A DNA stretch of 64,000 nucleotides from a bacterium (GTDB lineage: Bacteria; UBA8248). The stretch lies in the NCBI GenBank assembly GCA_965221165.1, contig CBDCRP010000002.1:64001-128000 (forward strand). The letters are read 5' to 3'. The translations under genes were made by a program, and so were the position numbers. The number at the start of each line of letters is the position of its first letter. Position 1 is the first letter of the stretch. Below the pieces are notes generated by a model. The model saw nothing but the letters and a program-made list of their open reading frames with translations. It was not told the DNA's origin and did not search any database. Below, piece after piece: positions 31,452-41,946 of the stretch.

Positions 31452-33800
31452 TCAAGCCAATCCCCATAGCCTTCTGATGGTCCACTCCAGACCCGGCAGC
31501 AAAATGAGAATCATCCCGATCCAGGGAATGCTCCAGAGCCTCACGTCGCGCACTTCCATCACCCTGTGCGGCACCTTGCCTTTGAGAGCCGCCAGAACGC
31601 GGTCGGTCAAATTCTCCTTCCCCACCGTATCCCCCCGGAAAAACAGCCCTCCCGTGTGCTTGGCCAGCGTTTGCAGGCTCTCCCAACGCGGGCTGACGTC
31701 GGCCCACTCCGCCTTGCCCGCCTCGCGACCGATGCCGATCGTCCGCACCGCCTCACCGATTACCCGACCTCCCTGGACTGCCGTCATCTTCGCCCGATAG
31801 CTTCCGTTCCCCCGGGGACGGAAGCGAATCTCGAACTCCCGGGAATCCGGGCGATACACCGCGCGATACCGATTGGTGACGCCATAGGGATTGCGAAGCT
31901 GAACCTGCACCTGCGCCGCCTGGGCGGGCTGATAGGATTCATCCCTCACCTGCATTCTAAGGGCGTACATTCCATCTTTGGTCTGTTCCGCCTCGGGAAG
32001 AATCTGGACCTGGGAACTGCCGGGGTCGTCCGAGAGCCAGCGGATCATCTGCGCGATCAAGCGGATATACAGGCGGTTCGTCCTCTCCGCCGCCACCATT
32101 CCGAAATTCCATCGCCAGAAATCATCCGAGAAGACGGACGCCATCCTACCCTCGCCAATCCGCTTCGTGGCGAGGAGAGGAACCCCGCCGTCTTTCGTCG
32201 ACACGAGAATCTGCCCTTTTCCGAACGGCGTCGTGGCGTTTACGCGTCTCAAGGGCGGAAAAGAGGCCCAGAGCTTTTTGTTTTCCTCCAAATCGGAGGA
32301 GAGCTGCGTGATGGGATGCCTGCCGCCGGCAGGTGTCAGCTGTGCGAGCAGGCTTGCCCGATCCTGATAATCATTCTCCTGCTGTAAACGCACGGGCAGA
32401 AGGTCCTCGATGGGACTGCGGTAATATCCGCCGGCGCTGAAGGATTGCCTGCCGCCGAACATAAGCAGCGACCCTCCTTTTCGAACGTAATTTTCAACGC
32501 GCGTCAGGTAGTAGTTGCTAAAATATTCCTGGGCGGAAAAATTATCGAAAACCACGATCTCGAAATTCTTGAGTTCTTCTAAAAACAGCTTGTCCACCGG
32601 GAAGGGCACGAGGCTCAGGCTCCTAGTCGAGACCCCCGGATCATCCTCGGAAGTTCTCAAGAAGACGAACGACACGAGGTCGATGGCGGGGTCTCGCTTG
32701 AGCGCCATGCGCAAAAAACGGTAGTTCCACGTGGGAGAGCCTGTAATCGTCAAAACCCGAATCTTGTCCCGCCGGACTTCCAGAGGAATTTCAACGCGAT
32801 TGTTCGACTCCACGATTTCGCCGCGCTGAACGGGTGTGACCACGCTCAACACCTGGCTTCCCACTTCACTCGGCGTAAAACGGAATTTTACGAGACGGCG
32901 CAACGGACTGCGCCTGACGTCTATCGACTGGGTTCTGATGATGCGCCCCTCGCGCGTCAGGGCGACTGGCAGCTTGCGGCCCGAAAAGCCCTTGACGGAC
33001 AGCGTGACTTCCAGGCGCAGTTCCTTGTCCTGGAAAGCGATGCGCGGAGCCTGTATGTCCTGAATGGCGATGTCCCGAAAAGAGTCGGGCGCCCCGAACC
33101 CCACGCCGATGAGGGGCGGAAAGGATTTCACATCCCCGGGCGGCAGACTCGCCTCGGTGGTATCCCCCCCATCGGAGAGCATCAAAATGCCCAGAGGCTG
33201 CTCCTCGGTTTTTCGCTTCGCCCTGCCGATAGGGGCGGAGAGCGGATCCTGAACACTATCCAAAGCGCTCCGGATGGCTCCGAGCGGGTCGCTGCCCGAG
33301 CCTTTGGCCCGAAGGTTTTTGAGGTCCCCGAAACCGATGGGGGTTCTGCGCATATCGTAGTGGGCGAGTTGCACGTCGTAGAACTTTCTCAGGCCTGCAA
33401 GCAAGCCGACGGGCGCATCTCTTTCTTCTTCCTCCCCCGGGGTCTGCGGTTTCGCGACGCTGTCGGGGAGCAGCAGAAAATCTTTTGCCAAATCGATGCG
33501 CGCTTTCTTCTGGTTCGGGTCCTCCACGCTCATGCTCGCCGAACTGTCGATGAGTACGAGCAGCTTGGGCGGCAGGGAGCGCTCACGCCTGTCTATGAGC
33601 GTGGGGCCGGAGAGAAAAAAAACGATTGCCGCGTACAGCAGGCCCCTGAGTCCCTGAAGAAGCCAGACGCGCCTCGGCGGGAGTTTCTCCATCAAATCGC
33701 GGTGCCGGCGAATCAGCGCCCAGCCCAGCCCTGCCGCCGCGAGGGTGAGCACCCACCAGGGCGCGCCACCGGGCCAATGGAGCGTGGACCAATCCATCAT
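31452..33800 (-). CDS. Membrane protein with vWA and GATase1-like domains
   Basis: LIDSSASM, LSDGGD, YVRKGGSLLMFGG and EWTIRRLWGL. Confidence 0.75.
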   Translation of the reverse strand: MMDWSTLHWPGGAPWWVLTLAAAGLGWALIRRHRDLMEKLPPRRVWLLQGLRGLLYAAIVFFLSGPTLIDRRERSLPPKLLVLIDSSASMSVEDPNQKKARIDLAKDFLLLPDSVAKPQTPGEEEERDAPVGLLAGLRKFYDVQLAHYDMRRTPIGFGDLKNLRAKGSGSDPLGAIRSALDSVQDPLSAPIGRAKRKTEEQPLGILMLSDGGDTTEASLPPGDVKSFPPLIGVGFGAPDSFRDIAIQDIQAPRIAFQDKELRLEVTLSVKGFSGRKLPVALTREGRIIRTQSIDVRRSPLRRLVKFRFTPSEVGSQVLSVVTPVQRGEIVESNNRVEIPLEVRRDKIRVLTITGSPTWNYRFLRMALKRDPAIDLVSFVFLRTSEDDPGVSTRSLSLVPFPVDKLFLEELKNFEIVVFDNFSAQEYFSNYYLTRVENYVRKGGSLLMFGGRQSFSAGGYYRSPIEDLLPVRLQQENDYQDRASLLAQLTPAGGRHPITQLSSDLEENKKLWASFPPLRRVNATTPFGKGQILVSTKDGGVPLLATKRIGEGRMASVFSDDFWRWNFGMVAAERTNRLYIRLIAQMIRWLSDDPGSSQVQILPEAEQTKDGMYALRMQVRDESYQPAQAAQVQVQLRNPYGVTNRYRAVYRPDSREFEIRFRPRGNGSYRAKMTAVQGGRVIGEAVRTIGIGREAGKAEWADVSPRWESLQTLAKHTGGLFFRGDTVGKENLTDRVLAALKGKVPHRVMEVRDVRLWSIPWIGMILILLPGLEWTIRRLWGLA

Positions 33801-34664
33801 TTATCCCTGGTTCAATCTGCGCTGGATGAAGGGATGGTGGATGAGGTCTTGCTTGTAGTTTCCGGTCATGGCGTACAGGGCGATATTCACCGCCAGTTGA
33901 AAAGCCGCGAAGCGCTGGCTTTCGCCGCCGGGCGTACACTCTTCGAGCCATCCGCCGCCCGGGCCCCTCGCCCAGGCGCCGCCCAGGTCGTTTCTGCAAA
34001 AGATGACGGGCGTGAACATGCCCACTTGAATCCCCAGCAAATCCTGGCTGATGGCCTGGCGCCCGCCCACCGATCGGATGAGATAATAACTCTTGAAAAC
34101 GGCGTGCTCGCGCGGGAGGGCCTCTAAAGAGCTTCTCGGAAAGATCAGGCGCATGAGTTTTTTGACGGCGCCGCCGAAGGCCTCCTCTTCGAGCCCCAGA
34201 CCATCGTCGATGAGCAAAAACCCTCCATAGGTCAGGTGACGCTTCAAATTGTCTATCCCTCTCGAATCGGGCATCTCGAATTCGTATCGTCCCGACATGT
34301 ACAGAAAAGGATGTTCGAAAATTTCAGGCGAGGAGATGTCCACCGCCGTCGCATCCTGTGCGGTTTCGATGCTCGTGCGCTTTCTCACCTCCTCGAGAAA
34401 AGAAGACATGGCCGTGGAGTATTCCTGCCAGCGTCCGCCGGAATAGCGCAGTTGCGCCGGCGTGAAATCCGGCCGGAAAACCTTTTCCTCCTGCGAGGAG
34501 CGCGGGAAAAGACTCTTTTGCCACTCGTCATAGGGAGACTGCCCTCCCCCCGGCGGTGATTGCGCTTTCGCCCATTCGGGGAAACCCAGCATCGCGGTCG
34601 CAGCCATCGCGGCGCGAGCGATGAACGCACGCCTGCTCAAGGGAAATTTACGGGACGTCGACAT
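33801..34664 (-). CDS. DUF4159 protein with a Tat signal
   Basis: SRRAFI twin-arginine; PFLYMSG, GGFLLIDD, NDLGGAW and YAMTGNYKQD. Confidence 0.82.
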   Translation of the reverse strand: MSTSRKFPLSRRAFIARAAMAATAMLGFPEWAKAQSPPGGGQSPYDEWQKSLFPRSSQEEKVFRPDFTPAQLRYSGGRWQEYSTAMSSFLEEVRKRTSIETAQDATAVDISSPEIFEHPFLYMSGRYEFEMPDSRGIDNLKRHLTYGGFLLIDDGLGLEEEAFGGAVKKLMRLIFPRSSLEALPREHAVFKSYYLIRSVGGRQAISQDLLGIQVGMFTPVIFCRNDLGGAWARGPGGGWLEECTPGGESQRFAAFQLAVNIALYAMTGNYKQDLIHHPFIQRRLNQG

Positions 34665-35529
34665 TCGGCAGCACCACATAGGTCGTCGGCGGCGGCAGTC
34701 TTTTTCGCGTCAACACAAGTTCTGTGTTTTTCGGGCGAACAACCCGGCTGATGCCCTCCACCTTCAGCGCTTTTTCGAACCCTCCGGGCAGTTCCGGGCC
34801 AAAGTAGTGCATCGGTATCACGATGTTGGGGCCGATGCGTTTGACTATCTTGGCCGCCACCTCGTGGGGCACCGTGAAGGAACCGTCAATCGGCAGGAGA
34901 AGCACATGAATTTTCCCCAGCTGCCGAATCTGCCCCGGCGAGGGGCCGAAGCGCGCGTTTCCAAAGTGCGCGACGCAAAGGCCGCCCGCCTGAAAAACAT
35001 AAATCGTATTGAGGACGAAGGAGAATTTCTCGTCCCCGTCCACCTGGGGGAAAGAGGAAATTCTCAACTTCCCGAACGTCCTGTCGATGGGATTGGCCTT
35101 CCCCTCTTTCGTCACGCCGAAAAAGATTTCCGACTTGCCCACATAGGGTCCCGTTATGGAATGGGTTTCATGGAAATTGCTGACGGTGACCGCATCGGGC
35201 GGGGGGTCCAGGATGGGAATGACGTAGGGGTCCATCACGGCGCGCCCGCCGCCCGGCGCAGTGATCAAAAAACTCGAATGCCCCAGGAATTTCAATCGAA
35301 CCTCGCGAGCCCGCCGAACACTCGCCCACGAGGCTTTCATCGAAACGGGGATGAAGCGTCCGTCGCGGCGGACGATTCCCGGCTTGCAGATGCCCTCGGC
35401 CGCCCATAGAAGAGTCGGGAAAAAGGAAACCAGGAAGAAGACGAACAAACACAGAGAGATGATTCTTTTCGCCGGAAAACGATCTTTCCAGCGCGGAGGA
35501 GACCGACGCTTCTGAAAGATGGGGTTCAA
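34648..35529 (-). CDS. MBL-fold metallo-hydrolase (degenerate metal motif)
   Basis: FLGHSSFLI, MDPY, SNFHETH, HFGN and IVIPMHY. Confidence 0.75.
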   Translation of the reverse strand: MNPIFQKRRSPPRWKDRFPAKRIISLCLFVFFLVSFFPTLLWAAEGICKPGIVRRDGRFIPVSMKASWASVRRAREVRLKFLGHSSFLITAPGGGRAVMDPYVIPILDPPPDAVTVSNFHETHSITGPYVGKSEIFFGVTKEGKANPIDRTFGKLRISSFPQVDGDEKFSFVLNTIYVFQAGGLCVAHFGNARFGPSPGQIRQLGKIHVLLLPIDGSFTVPHEVAAKIVKRIGPNIVIPMHYFGPELPGGFEKALKVEGISRVVRPKNTELVLTRKRLPPPTTYVVLPNVDVP

Positions 35530-35546
35530 TATTACGTCCCCTGTAA

Positions 35547-35595
35547 CGACATCGCTACGACATTACGACGACGTCATGGCGACAGCGCGGCGGCA
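35547..35595 (-). promoter_or_regulatory. Five 11-bp-spaced TGTCG-like direct repeats (putative OmpR/PhoB-type sites)
   Basis: CGACA/CGACG/CGGCA at 35547, 35558, 35569, 35580 and 35591. Confidence 0.45.
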
Positions 35596-35720
35596 GTATG
35601 AGTGAGTGATTCTACAGCATCCTGCCACTCGATCAAGAGCTTCACGCCCTACCATACTGCCACCGAGCAGTTCCGAGCCATGCCAGGGCGCAAAAGCGAT
35701 ACGGCGGCTTTGGCCTCCCC

Positions 35721-36260
35721 TCATCCGCGCGGCGTTTCACTCCCGAAAATCTTCCCCCGCGGAGAAATCCATATCGCCCCCAACAGGACGCACGCCTTGA
35801 GCATGTCCGTGATGACATACGCGCCATGGTAGCGCCCGAATTCATCTTTCAGGGCCTGTGCACCTTCCGAAGCCTCCGCGCTCGTCAGAATTCTTCCGAG
35901 CGCTTCTATCTTCGGCGAGAACCAAAAAACGTGCGCGCCCACGATAATGAGCAGACAGCCAGCCAGAATGAGTGAGGAACCGCTCATGCGTCCCGCCTGC
36001 CAGATGAGGAGAAACAACAAGACGACGAAAACGAGTTGCAGGCGATTCCAGGCGCGGAAAATCCGGGCGTTCACTTCTCTGGCGGCCATGCGGCTTTTGA
36101 TTTTCGCCGTCGAGGCGGGTTCGAACAGCCTCGATGCCACCGGGTTCTTCTCCGCATCGAACGCCTCGAATGAGTTCGTCGCCACCCACCAGACTCCCAG
36201 CGTGAGCGCAAGCCACGATACGAGAAGAGCAAAATGAAAAGAGCGAACCAAGGCGTTCAA
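35721..36260 (-). CDS. DUF4149-like four-TM membrane protein
   Basis: Four hydrophobic segments; P.IE and FGRYHG pattern. Confidence 0.6.
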   Translation of the reverse strand: MNALVRSFHFALLVSWLALTLGVWWVATNSFEAFDAEKNPVASRLFEPASTAKIKSRMAAREVNARIFRAWNRLQLVFVVLLFLLIWQAGRMSGSSLILAGCLLIIVGAHVFWFSPKIEALGRILTSAEASEGAQALKDEFGRYHGAYVITDMLKACVLLGAIWISPRGKIFGSETPRG

Positions 36261-36493
36261 AGCGGATTCCTCATCCTGGCGACTGGATACTCCCAGACGA
36301 GAGCCTGCAATTTACTCGACAAGCGCCACGGCTCACAACCCGCCGCCACAGGGATCATCACCGCCAGACACGATGCCCTAATGGCGCCGGGCCATCTCCC
36401 TCCAACACATCGCCCGGGAAATATGGCTGGACACCGCACGCTGCGAACCCGTAGAATGATTTTGGCTGCATCATGGTTCACGGGGAGATTGCC

Positions 36494-38158
36494 ATGATAG
36501 AGAACGTATCCACGGCGTATCAGTCTCCCGCCAAAATCGAAGCCCTGCTCTCACGCCAACATAAAGAAGGCTATCTCTCCAAGGAAGCGATTTTAGAGAT
36601 CTCCAAAGACCTCGGCGTGCCCATATACGAGTCATACGGAATCGCCAGCTTTTTCCCGCACTTTCATCTGGAAAAACCCGCGAAACCAAAAGTGCATATC
36701 TGCCGGGACATGAGTTGTAAGCTCGCAGGCGGCGAGGCGCTCCTTGAAAACGCCACGAAACTGGCCCGGCGCGCGGGCGTCAGGAAGATTCACGCCCAAG
36801 GCTGCCCCTGTCTGGGCCGGTGCGACAAGGGGCCTGCGGCTGAAATCGAGGGCCGCATCTATTCATCCCTCACCGATGAGAAATTTCAAGGAATCCTCGC
36901 CTCCTGGAAAAACGGAACGCCCAGCCCCGCCTCGAGGTCGCAGAAAATCAAGAACGCACCCCGCCTGAATCCGTACCGGAAAAACGAGGCGTATGGCGTC
37001 CTGCGCTCCGTGATGAAGAACGAAAAAGCGGAAGGCGTCATCGACGTCCTCAAGGAGAGCGGACTGCGCGGCATGGGCGGGGCAGGCTTTCCGGTCGGGC
37101 TCAAGTGGAGTTTCGTCTTAAACGCGCAGGGGGATGAGAAATTCGTCGTCTGCAACGCCGATGAGAGCGAGCCTGGCACGTTCAAGGACCGGGCCATCAT
37201 GGATTCACACCCCGAACTCGTTATAGAGGGAATGCTCATCGCCTGCCGGGTCGTCGGGGCGAAGCGCGCCATCATCTACATACGCCATGAATACGGCGCG
37301 CAGTCGAACAAGCTTGAACGCGCCATCAAGCGCGCGCGCAAGGCCCGCCTGATCGACACGCAAAAAACACCCCGCCTTGAAATCTTTACCAGTCCGGGCG
37401 GCTACATCTGTGGTGAGGAAACGGCGCTGCTTGAAGTCCTGGAAGACAAGCGCGCCCAACCCCGCGATAAACCCCCCTTCCCCGGCACGGAGGGTCTTTT
37501 CGGCAAACCCACCCTCATCAACAACGTCGAAACCTTTGCGCTCATACCGGCGGTTCTCAAGAACGGGGCCGGATGGTTTTCCTCTTTCGGGCGAAACGGC
37601 GGCAAGGGCTTCAAGATGCTGGGCGTCAGCGGAGCGGTGAGAAAACCGGGCGTCTACGAGGTGGAATTCGGAACGCCGGTTCGGGAGATCATCGAGAACA
37701 CCGCAGGCGGGCTTACGATGGGCGCGCGTCTTCAGGCGTTCTCCCCGGGAGGTGCGAGCAGCGGTTTTCTGCCCGCGCGGCTCGTGGACGTTCCCTACGA
37801 CTTCACGCCCCTTCAGGAGGCGGGTAGCATGCTGGGCAGCGGGGCGCTGGTCGTGATTCCCGAAGGGGTGGACATGGTGGCGCTCGCCCACAACGTGGTG
37901 CGCTTTTTCAGAGACGAATCCTGCGGCAAATGCGTGCCCTGCCGTCTGGGCACCGAGAAGCTCACCGCTTTTCTGGAGCGGACTCTGTGCGGGGAGGCCA
38001 CCGCTTCCGAGCTTCCCGCCATGCGCGAGATTTGCGACGCCATGAAGGACACCTCCATCTGCGGATTGGGACAGGCCGCGCCGATACCATACCTATTGCT
38101 TTTCAAATACTTCGAAGCTGAAGTTCAATCCAGACTCGAACGAAATCGGGGCCGATAA
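36494..38158 (+). CDS. NuoE-NuoF fusion diaphorase subunit of an NAD-dependent formate dehydrogenase
   Basis: CRDMSC..CLGRC, LRGMGGAGFP, CNADESEPGTFKDR, YICGEET and ESCGKCVPCR; GGGGAG RBS before ATG 36494. Confidence 0.9.
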   Translation: MIENVSTAYQSPAKIEALLSRQHKEGYLSKEAILEISKDLGVPIYESYGIASFFPHFHLEKPAKPKVHICRDMSCKLAGGEALLENATKLARRAGVRKIHAQGCPCLGRCDKGPAAEIEGRIYSSLTDEKFQGILASWKNGTPSPASRSQKIKNAPRLNPYRKNEAYGVLRSVMKNEKAEGVIDVLKESGLRGMGGAGFPVGLKWSFVLNAQGDEKFVVCNADESEPGTFKDRAIMDSHPELVIEGMLIACRVVGAKRAIIYIRHEYGAQSNKLERAIKRARKARLIDTQKTPRLEIFTSPGGYICGEETALLEVLEDKRAQPRDKPPFPGTEGLFGKPTLINNVETFALIPAVLKNGAGWFSSFGRNGGKGFKMLGVSGAVRKPGVYEVEFGTPVREIIENTAGGLTMGARLQAFSPGGASSGFLPARLVDVPYDFTPLQEAGSMLGSGALVVIPEGVDMVALAHNVVRFFRDESCGKCVPCRLGTEKLTAFLERTLCGEATASELPAMREICDAMKDTSICGLGQAAPIPYLLLFKYFEAEVQSRLERNRGR

Positions 38159-40899
38159 TGCCTGCCGAAAAGATGATCTCCATCACCATAGACGGCCGGA
38201 AAATCAAGACCGAAGCCGGCGCGCGCATATGGGAGGCTGCACAGGCGATGGGCGTCGAGATTCCGAAACTCTGCCACCAGCCCGGCATGGATCCGGTGGG
38301 GGTGTGCCGCGTATGCGCCGTCGAAGTCGAGGGCGCGCGAACGCTGGTTCCCTCGTGTCACCGGAAGATAGAACCCGGCATGGTGATCCACACGCAAACA
38401 GAGCGCGTCCTGTGCGCCCAGAAAACACTGGTGGCCATGTTGATGGCGGATCACGGCGTCGAATCAGAGCTCAAGAATTGCGAACTCACCGCACTCGCCG
38501 AACAAATGGGCGTCAGCAATGGCGTAAGCACACTCCCGCCTGCGGAGACGCCGCGCACGCAGGATTCCTCATCCTCGGTTATCGCCGTCGACCACAGCGC
38601 GTGTATTCTGTGCGATCGCTGCATCCGCGCCTGTACGGACGTTCAGGGCAACAACGTCATCGGCAGGGGCGGCCGGGGCGGGAGCGCGCGTATCGTATTC
38701 GATGCGGATCTGCCCATGGGAGAATCCACTTGCGTCTCCTGCGGGGAGTGCATGGCCGCCTGCCCTACGGATGCGCTCACCAACAAATCCCTCACGCTGC
38801 AAATCGCCCCTGGCGACTCGAAAGAGGTGGATTCAATCTGCCCCTATTGCGGCGTGGGCTGCGCCATCACCTACGAGGTGGCCGAAAACACCCTCATCGG
38901 CGTCCGGGGCGATGAAACCAGTCCCGTGAACCAGGGCAGGCTCTGCGTGAAGGGGCGTTACGGGTTCGACTACGCGCATCATCCGGACAGGTTGACGACC
39001 CCCCTCATCCGAAAAGAAGGCGCGCCGAAAACATCTGAACTGCCCGGGGATCCGCTCTCCTTGTTCCGCGAGGCGAGTTGGGATGAGGCCATGGAACTCG
39101 CCGCAAATTCGCTCAAGAAAATCTTTGAGGCCCACGGGCCTTCGAGTATGGCCGGCTTCGGCTCGGCAAAATGCTCGAACGAGGACAATTATCTGTTCCA
39201 GAAACTCATCCGCGCCGTGTTCGGCACGAACAACGTGGATCACTGCACGCGGCTTTGTCATTCGAGTTCGGTGGCCGCCTTGCATCAGACCATCGGGTCG
39301 AGCGCCGTCAGCAATCCCTTCTCCGATGCGCTCAAGGCGGATTTCATCCTCGTGGCGGGCGCCAACGCCACGGAAAACCACCCCGTCGCCGCCACCTTCA
39401 TCAAACAGGCCTCCAGTGCGGGCGTCACCCTGGCCGTCGCCGACCCGAGGAGAATCGATCTGGTCGATCACGCGGACTTATTCGTGCAATTCCGCCCCGG
39501 TACGGACGTGGCGCTGTTCAACGGGCTTTTGCACGTGGTGATCGAAGAAAAACTCTACGACTCCGATTTCATCGCCGCGCGTACCGAAGGTTTTGAAGAA
39601 CTCGCAAAAAACGTGAAACCCTATACGCCGGAAAACGTCTCAAAACTCACCGGGGCTTCGGCGGAAACGCTCCGGAAACTGGCCAGAGGGTACGCGACGT
39701 CTGCGCGCAGCATGATCTTCTGGGGCATGGGCCTCTCCCAGCACACCCACGGCACGGACAACTGCCGCGCGCTCATCGCCTTATGTCTCATTTGCGGCCA
39801 AATCGGGCGCGAGGGAACGGGTCTACACCCCCTGCGCGGCCAGAACAACGTGCAGGGCGCGTCGGACGTGGGCCTCATCCCCATGGTCTATTCCGCCTAT
39901 CAGGACGTCGCATCACCCAAAATCCGGAAAAAATTCGAAAAGGCCTGGGGCCGGGAACTCGACCCAAAACCCGGCTTGACCGTCATGGAAATCGCCGACG
40001 CCGCCAATCGGGGCGATATAAAGGGCATGTACATCATGGGCGAGAACCCGGCCATGAGCGACCCGAACCTCAACCACTCGCGGGGCGCGCTCGCCAACCT
40101 CGAATTCCTCGTGGTACAGGACATTTTCCTGACCGAAACCGCCTATTTCGCAGACGTGGTTCTCCCCTCCACCGCTTTTTTCGAAAAAACGGGCACCTAT
40201 ACGAATACCGACAGGAGGGTGCAGATAGGAAGATGCGCCATCGGCCCGCCCGGCGAGGCGCGAGAGGACTGGCGAATCGTGGCCGAACTATCAGAGCGCC
40301 TCGGCTACCCGATGGACTATGACTCGGAAGCTGAAATTTTCGATGAAATCGCATCCCTCACTCCCTTTATGGCGGGCATGTCCTACGACCGCCTGGGAGA
40401 TCACGGACTCGTCTGGCCGTGCGCCAGACCCAACCATCAGGGCACGGAAATCCTGTTCACCAGATCGTTCCCGTCCGGCAGGGGAAAGCTCATTCCCGTC
40501 CAGTACGCCCCCGCCAAGGAGATGCCCGACGATGACTACCCATTCGTGCTCAACACGGGGCGGAACATCTACCACTGGCACACGGGGGCCATCACCAGAA
40601 GGGCGCAGGCTTTAGAGGCCGCAGAGCCCGGCCCCTATGTGGAAATGGCGCCCGACGACCTGAAGCGTCTTAGGCTCAAGAACGATGCGGACGTCCGGGT
40701 GGAATCGAGACGCGGGGAGATCACCCTCCCCGTCCGGGCTTCGGCGCGCGTGCGGCCCGGCCAGGTATTCATCCCCTTCCACTACGTGGAGGCCGCCGCG
40801 AACCTGCTCACCGTAGACGACCTCGACCCCTACGGGAAAATCCCCGAGTTCAAGTTCTGCGCCGTGAGGGTGAGGAAGGTGAGGAGACGGCGGCGATGA
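38158..40899 (+). CDS. fdhF: Formate dehydrogenase alpha subunit (Cys-type, FdsA/FdhF-like)
   Basis: N-terminal Fe-S domains, CPYCGVGC, DHCTRLCH, LRGQNNVQG and PEFKFCAV. Confidence 0.92.
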   Translation: MPAEKMISITIDGRKIKTEAGARIWEAAQAMGVEIPKLCHQPGMDPVGVCRVCAVEVEGARTLVPSCHRKIEPGMVIHTQTERVLCAQKTLVAMLMADHGVESELKNCELTALAEQMGVSNGVSTLPPAETPRTQDSSSSVIAVDHSACILCDRCIRACTDVQGNNVIGRGGRGGSARIVFDADLPMGESTCVSCGECMAACPTDALTNKSLTLQIAPGDSKEVDSICPYCGVGCAITYEVAENTLIGVRGDETSPVNQGRLCVKGRYGFDYAHHPDRLTTPLIRKEGAPKTSELPGDPLSLFREASWDEAMELAANSLKKIFEAHGPSSMAGFGSAKCSNEDNYLFQKLIRAVFGTNNVDHCTRLCHSSSVAALHQTIGSSAVSNPFSDALKADFILVAGANATENHPVAATFIKQASSAGVTLAVADPRRIDLVDHADLFVQFRPGTDVALFNGLLHVVIEEKLYDSDFIAARTEGFEELAKNVKPYTPENVSKLTGASAETLRKLARGYATSARSMIFWGMGLSQHTHGTDNCRALIALCLICGQIGREGTGLHPLRGQNNVQGASDVGLIPMVYSAYQDVASPKIRKKFEKAWGRELDPKPGLTVMEIADAANRGDIKGMYIMGENPAMSDPNLNHSRGALANLEFLVVQDIFLTETAYFADVVLPSTAFFEKTGTYTNTDRRVQIGRCAIGPPGEAREDWRIVAELSERLGYPMDYDSEAEIFDEIASLTPFMAGMSYDRLGDHGLVWPCARPNHQGTEILFTRSFPSGRGKLIPVQYAPAKEMPDDDYPFVLNTGRNIYHWHTGAITRRAQALEAAEPGPYVEMAPDDLKRLRLKNDADVRVESRRGEITLPVRASARVRPGQVFIPFHYVEAAANLLTVDDLDPYGKIPEFKFCAVRVRKVRRRRR

Positions 40900-40989
40900 G
40901 CATAAGGCCTACCAGGTGTTTCCGGCGCCTTATTTATTAAAGTAATTCTTTATTTATTGCATGTAATATACTGTTACTTAATATTCAAT

Positions 40990-41895
40990 TCACCGAAAAC
41001 TCGTAATCAGAAATCCCCCGAGCACGACCAGCCCCGCCGCGCCGAAAAGGCGCGCGTTCACGCGCTCCATGTCGCCCATGAAGACGAGGCTCAGGAGCAC
41101 CACCCATATCGGAGCGGTCCGGCTCAGGGGGAGGACGACGGTCACGTCCGAAAACGTGAGCGTATACCACAAAAACCCCGTGGCGGTGGCTGAGAACACC
41201 GAGCCCAGGAGTATCCAGCAGACAGCCCGCGCATCCGCCCGTATTTTGCCGCTCGCGCCCAGGAACGGTTTCGCCGCCAGGAGAAAAAGAAAGGCCGCCA
41301 GAAAGGCGAAACCCACCGCCGCAAAGGGCGTTCTCTGCTCGGCGTAGCCGATTTTCGCGATCACCGGCATGGCGGCGTACATGAACGAGGCGAAGACGGG
41401 GAAAATGAGCGCGCGGCGGAATTCGGGACCCATGCCGCCCTTGGCGACGTCCTTGCCCTCACCCATCGAGATGAGCGCCACGCCGCCGACGATTGCGAGC
41501 GTGCCGAGCACGACCGCCACGCCCGGTTTTTCCCCCAGAAAGAAGGCGGCGAAAAAAACCGCCCATATCGGGGCCGATGCCTGCACGGGACTCGTCCGGC
41601 TCGCGCCGATGCGCTGAATGGCAGTATAGGAGGCGAGGTGGCCCATCCCCTGCCCCAGACAGCCCGCCAGCATGAACCACAAGACGGGCCTGAGCGATGA
41701 AGTCTGCAGCGTGCCCAGGAAAAAGGCGAGGCTTAACAATAGAAAACTCGCCACGGCGTTGGTGATGAGCACCCCGGTGATGGGGGAGGCGCTCCTGAGC
41801 CCCCGGCGGAAGGAGATGAGCGCCGCCGAATAGATGAAAGAAGATGAGAGAGCGAGGATTTCGCCCGACATGATAAAGGGGGCTTGCGCGTTCAT
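40990..41895 (-). CDS. EamA/DMT-family transporter
   Basis: About ten TM segments in two repeats; FLGEKP. Confidence 0.85.
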   Translation of the reverse strand: MNAQAPFIMSGEILALSSSFIYSAALISFRRGLRSASPITGVLITNAVASFLLLSLAFFLGTLQTSSLRPVLWFMLAGCLGQGMGHLASYTAIQRIGASRTSPVQASAPIWAVFFAAFFLGEKPGVAVVLGTLAIVGGVALISMGEGKDVAKGGMGPEFRRALIFPVFASFMYAAMPVIAKIGYAEQRTPFAAVGFAFLAAFLFLLAAKPFLGASGKIRADARAVCWILLGSVFSATATGFLWYTLTFSDVTVVLPLSRTAPIWVVLLSLVFMGDMERVNARLFGAAGLVVLGGFLITSFR

Positions 41896-41946
41896 GGGCG
41901 CGACTATACACGCACAGAAGTGTTCGCGCGAGAAAGCACAAGCGTT

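Noticed and set aside
38158-40899. Formate dehydrogenase as a third selenoprotein
   Set aside because: The active-site codon is TGT (RLCH) and the ORF is uninterrupted
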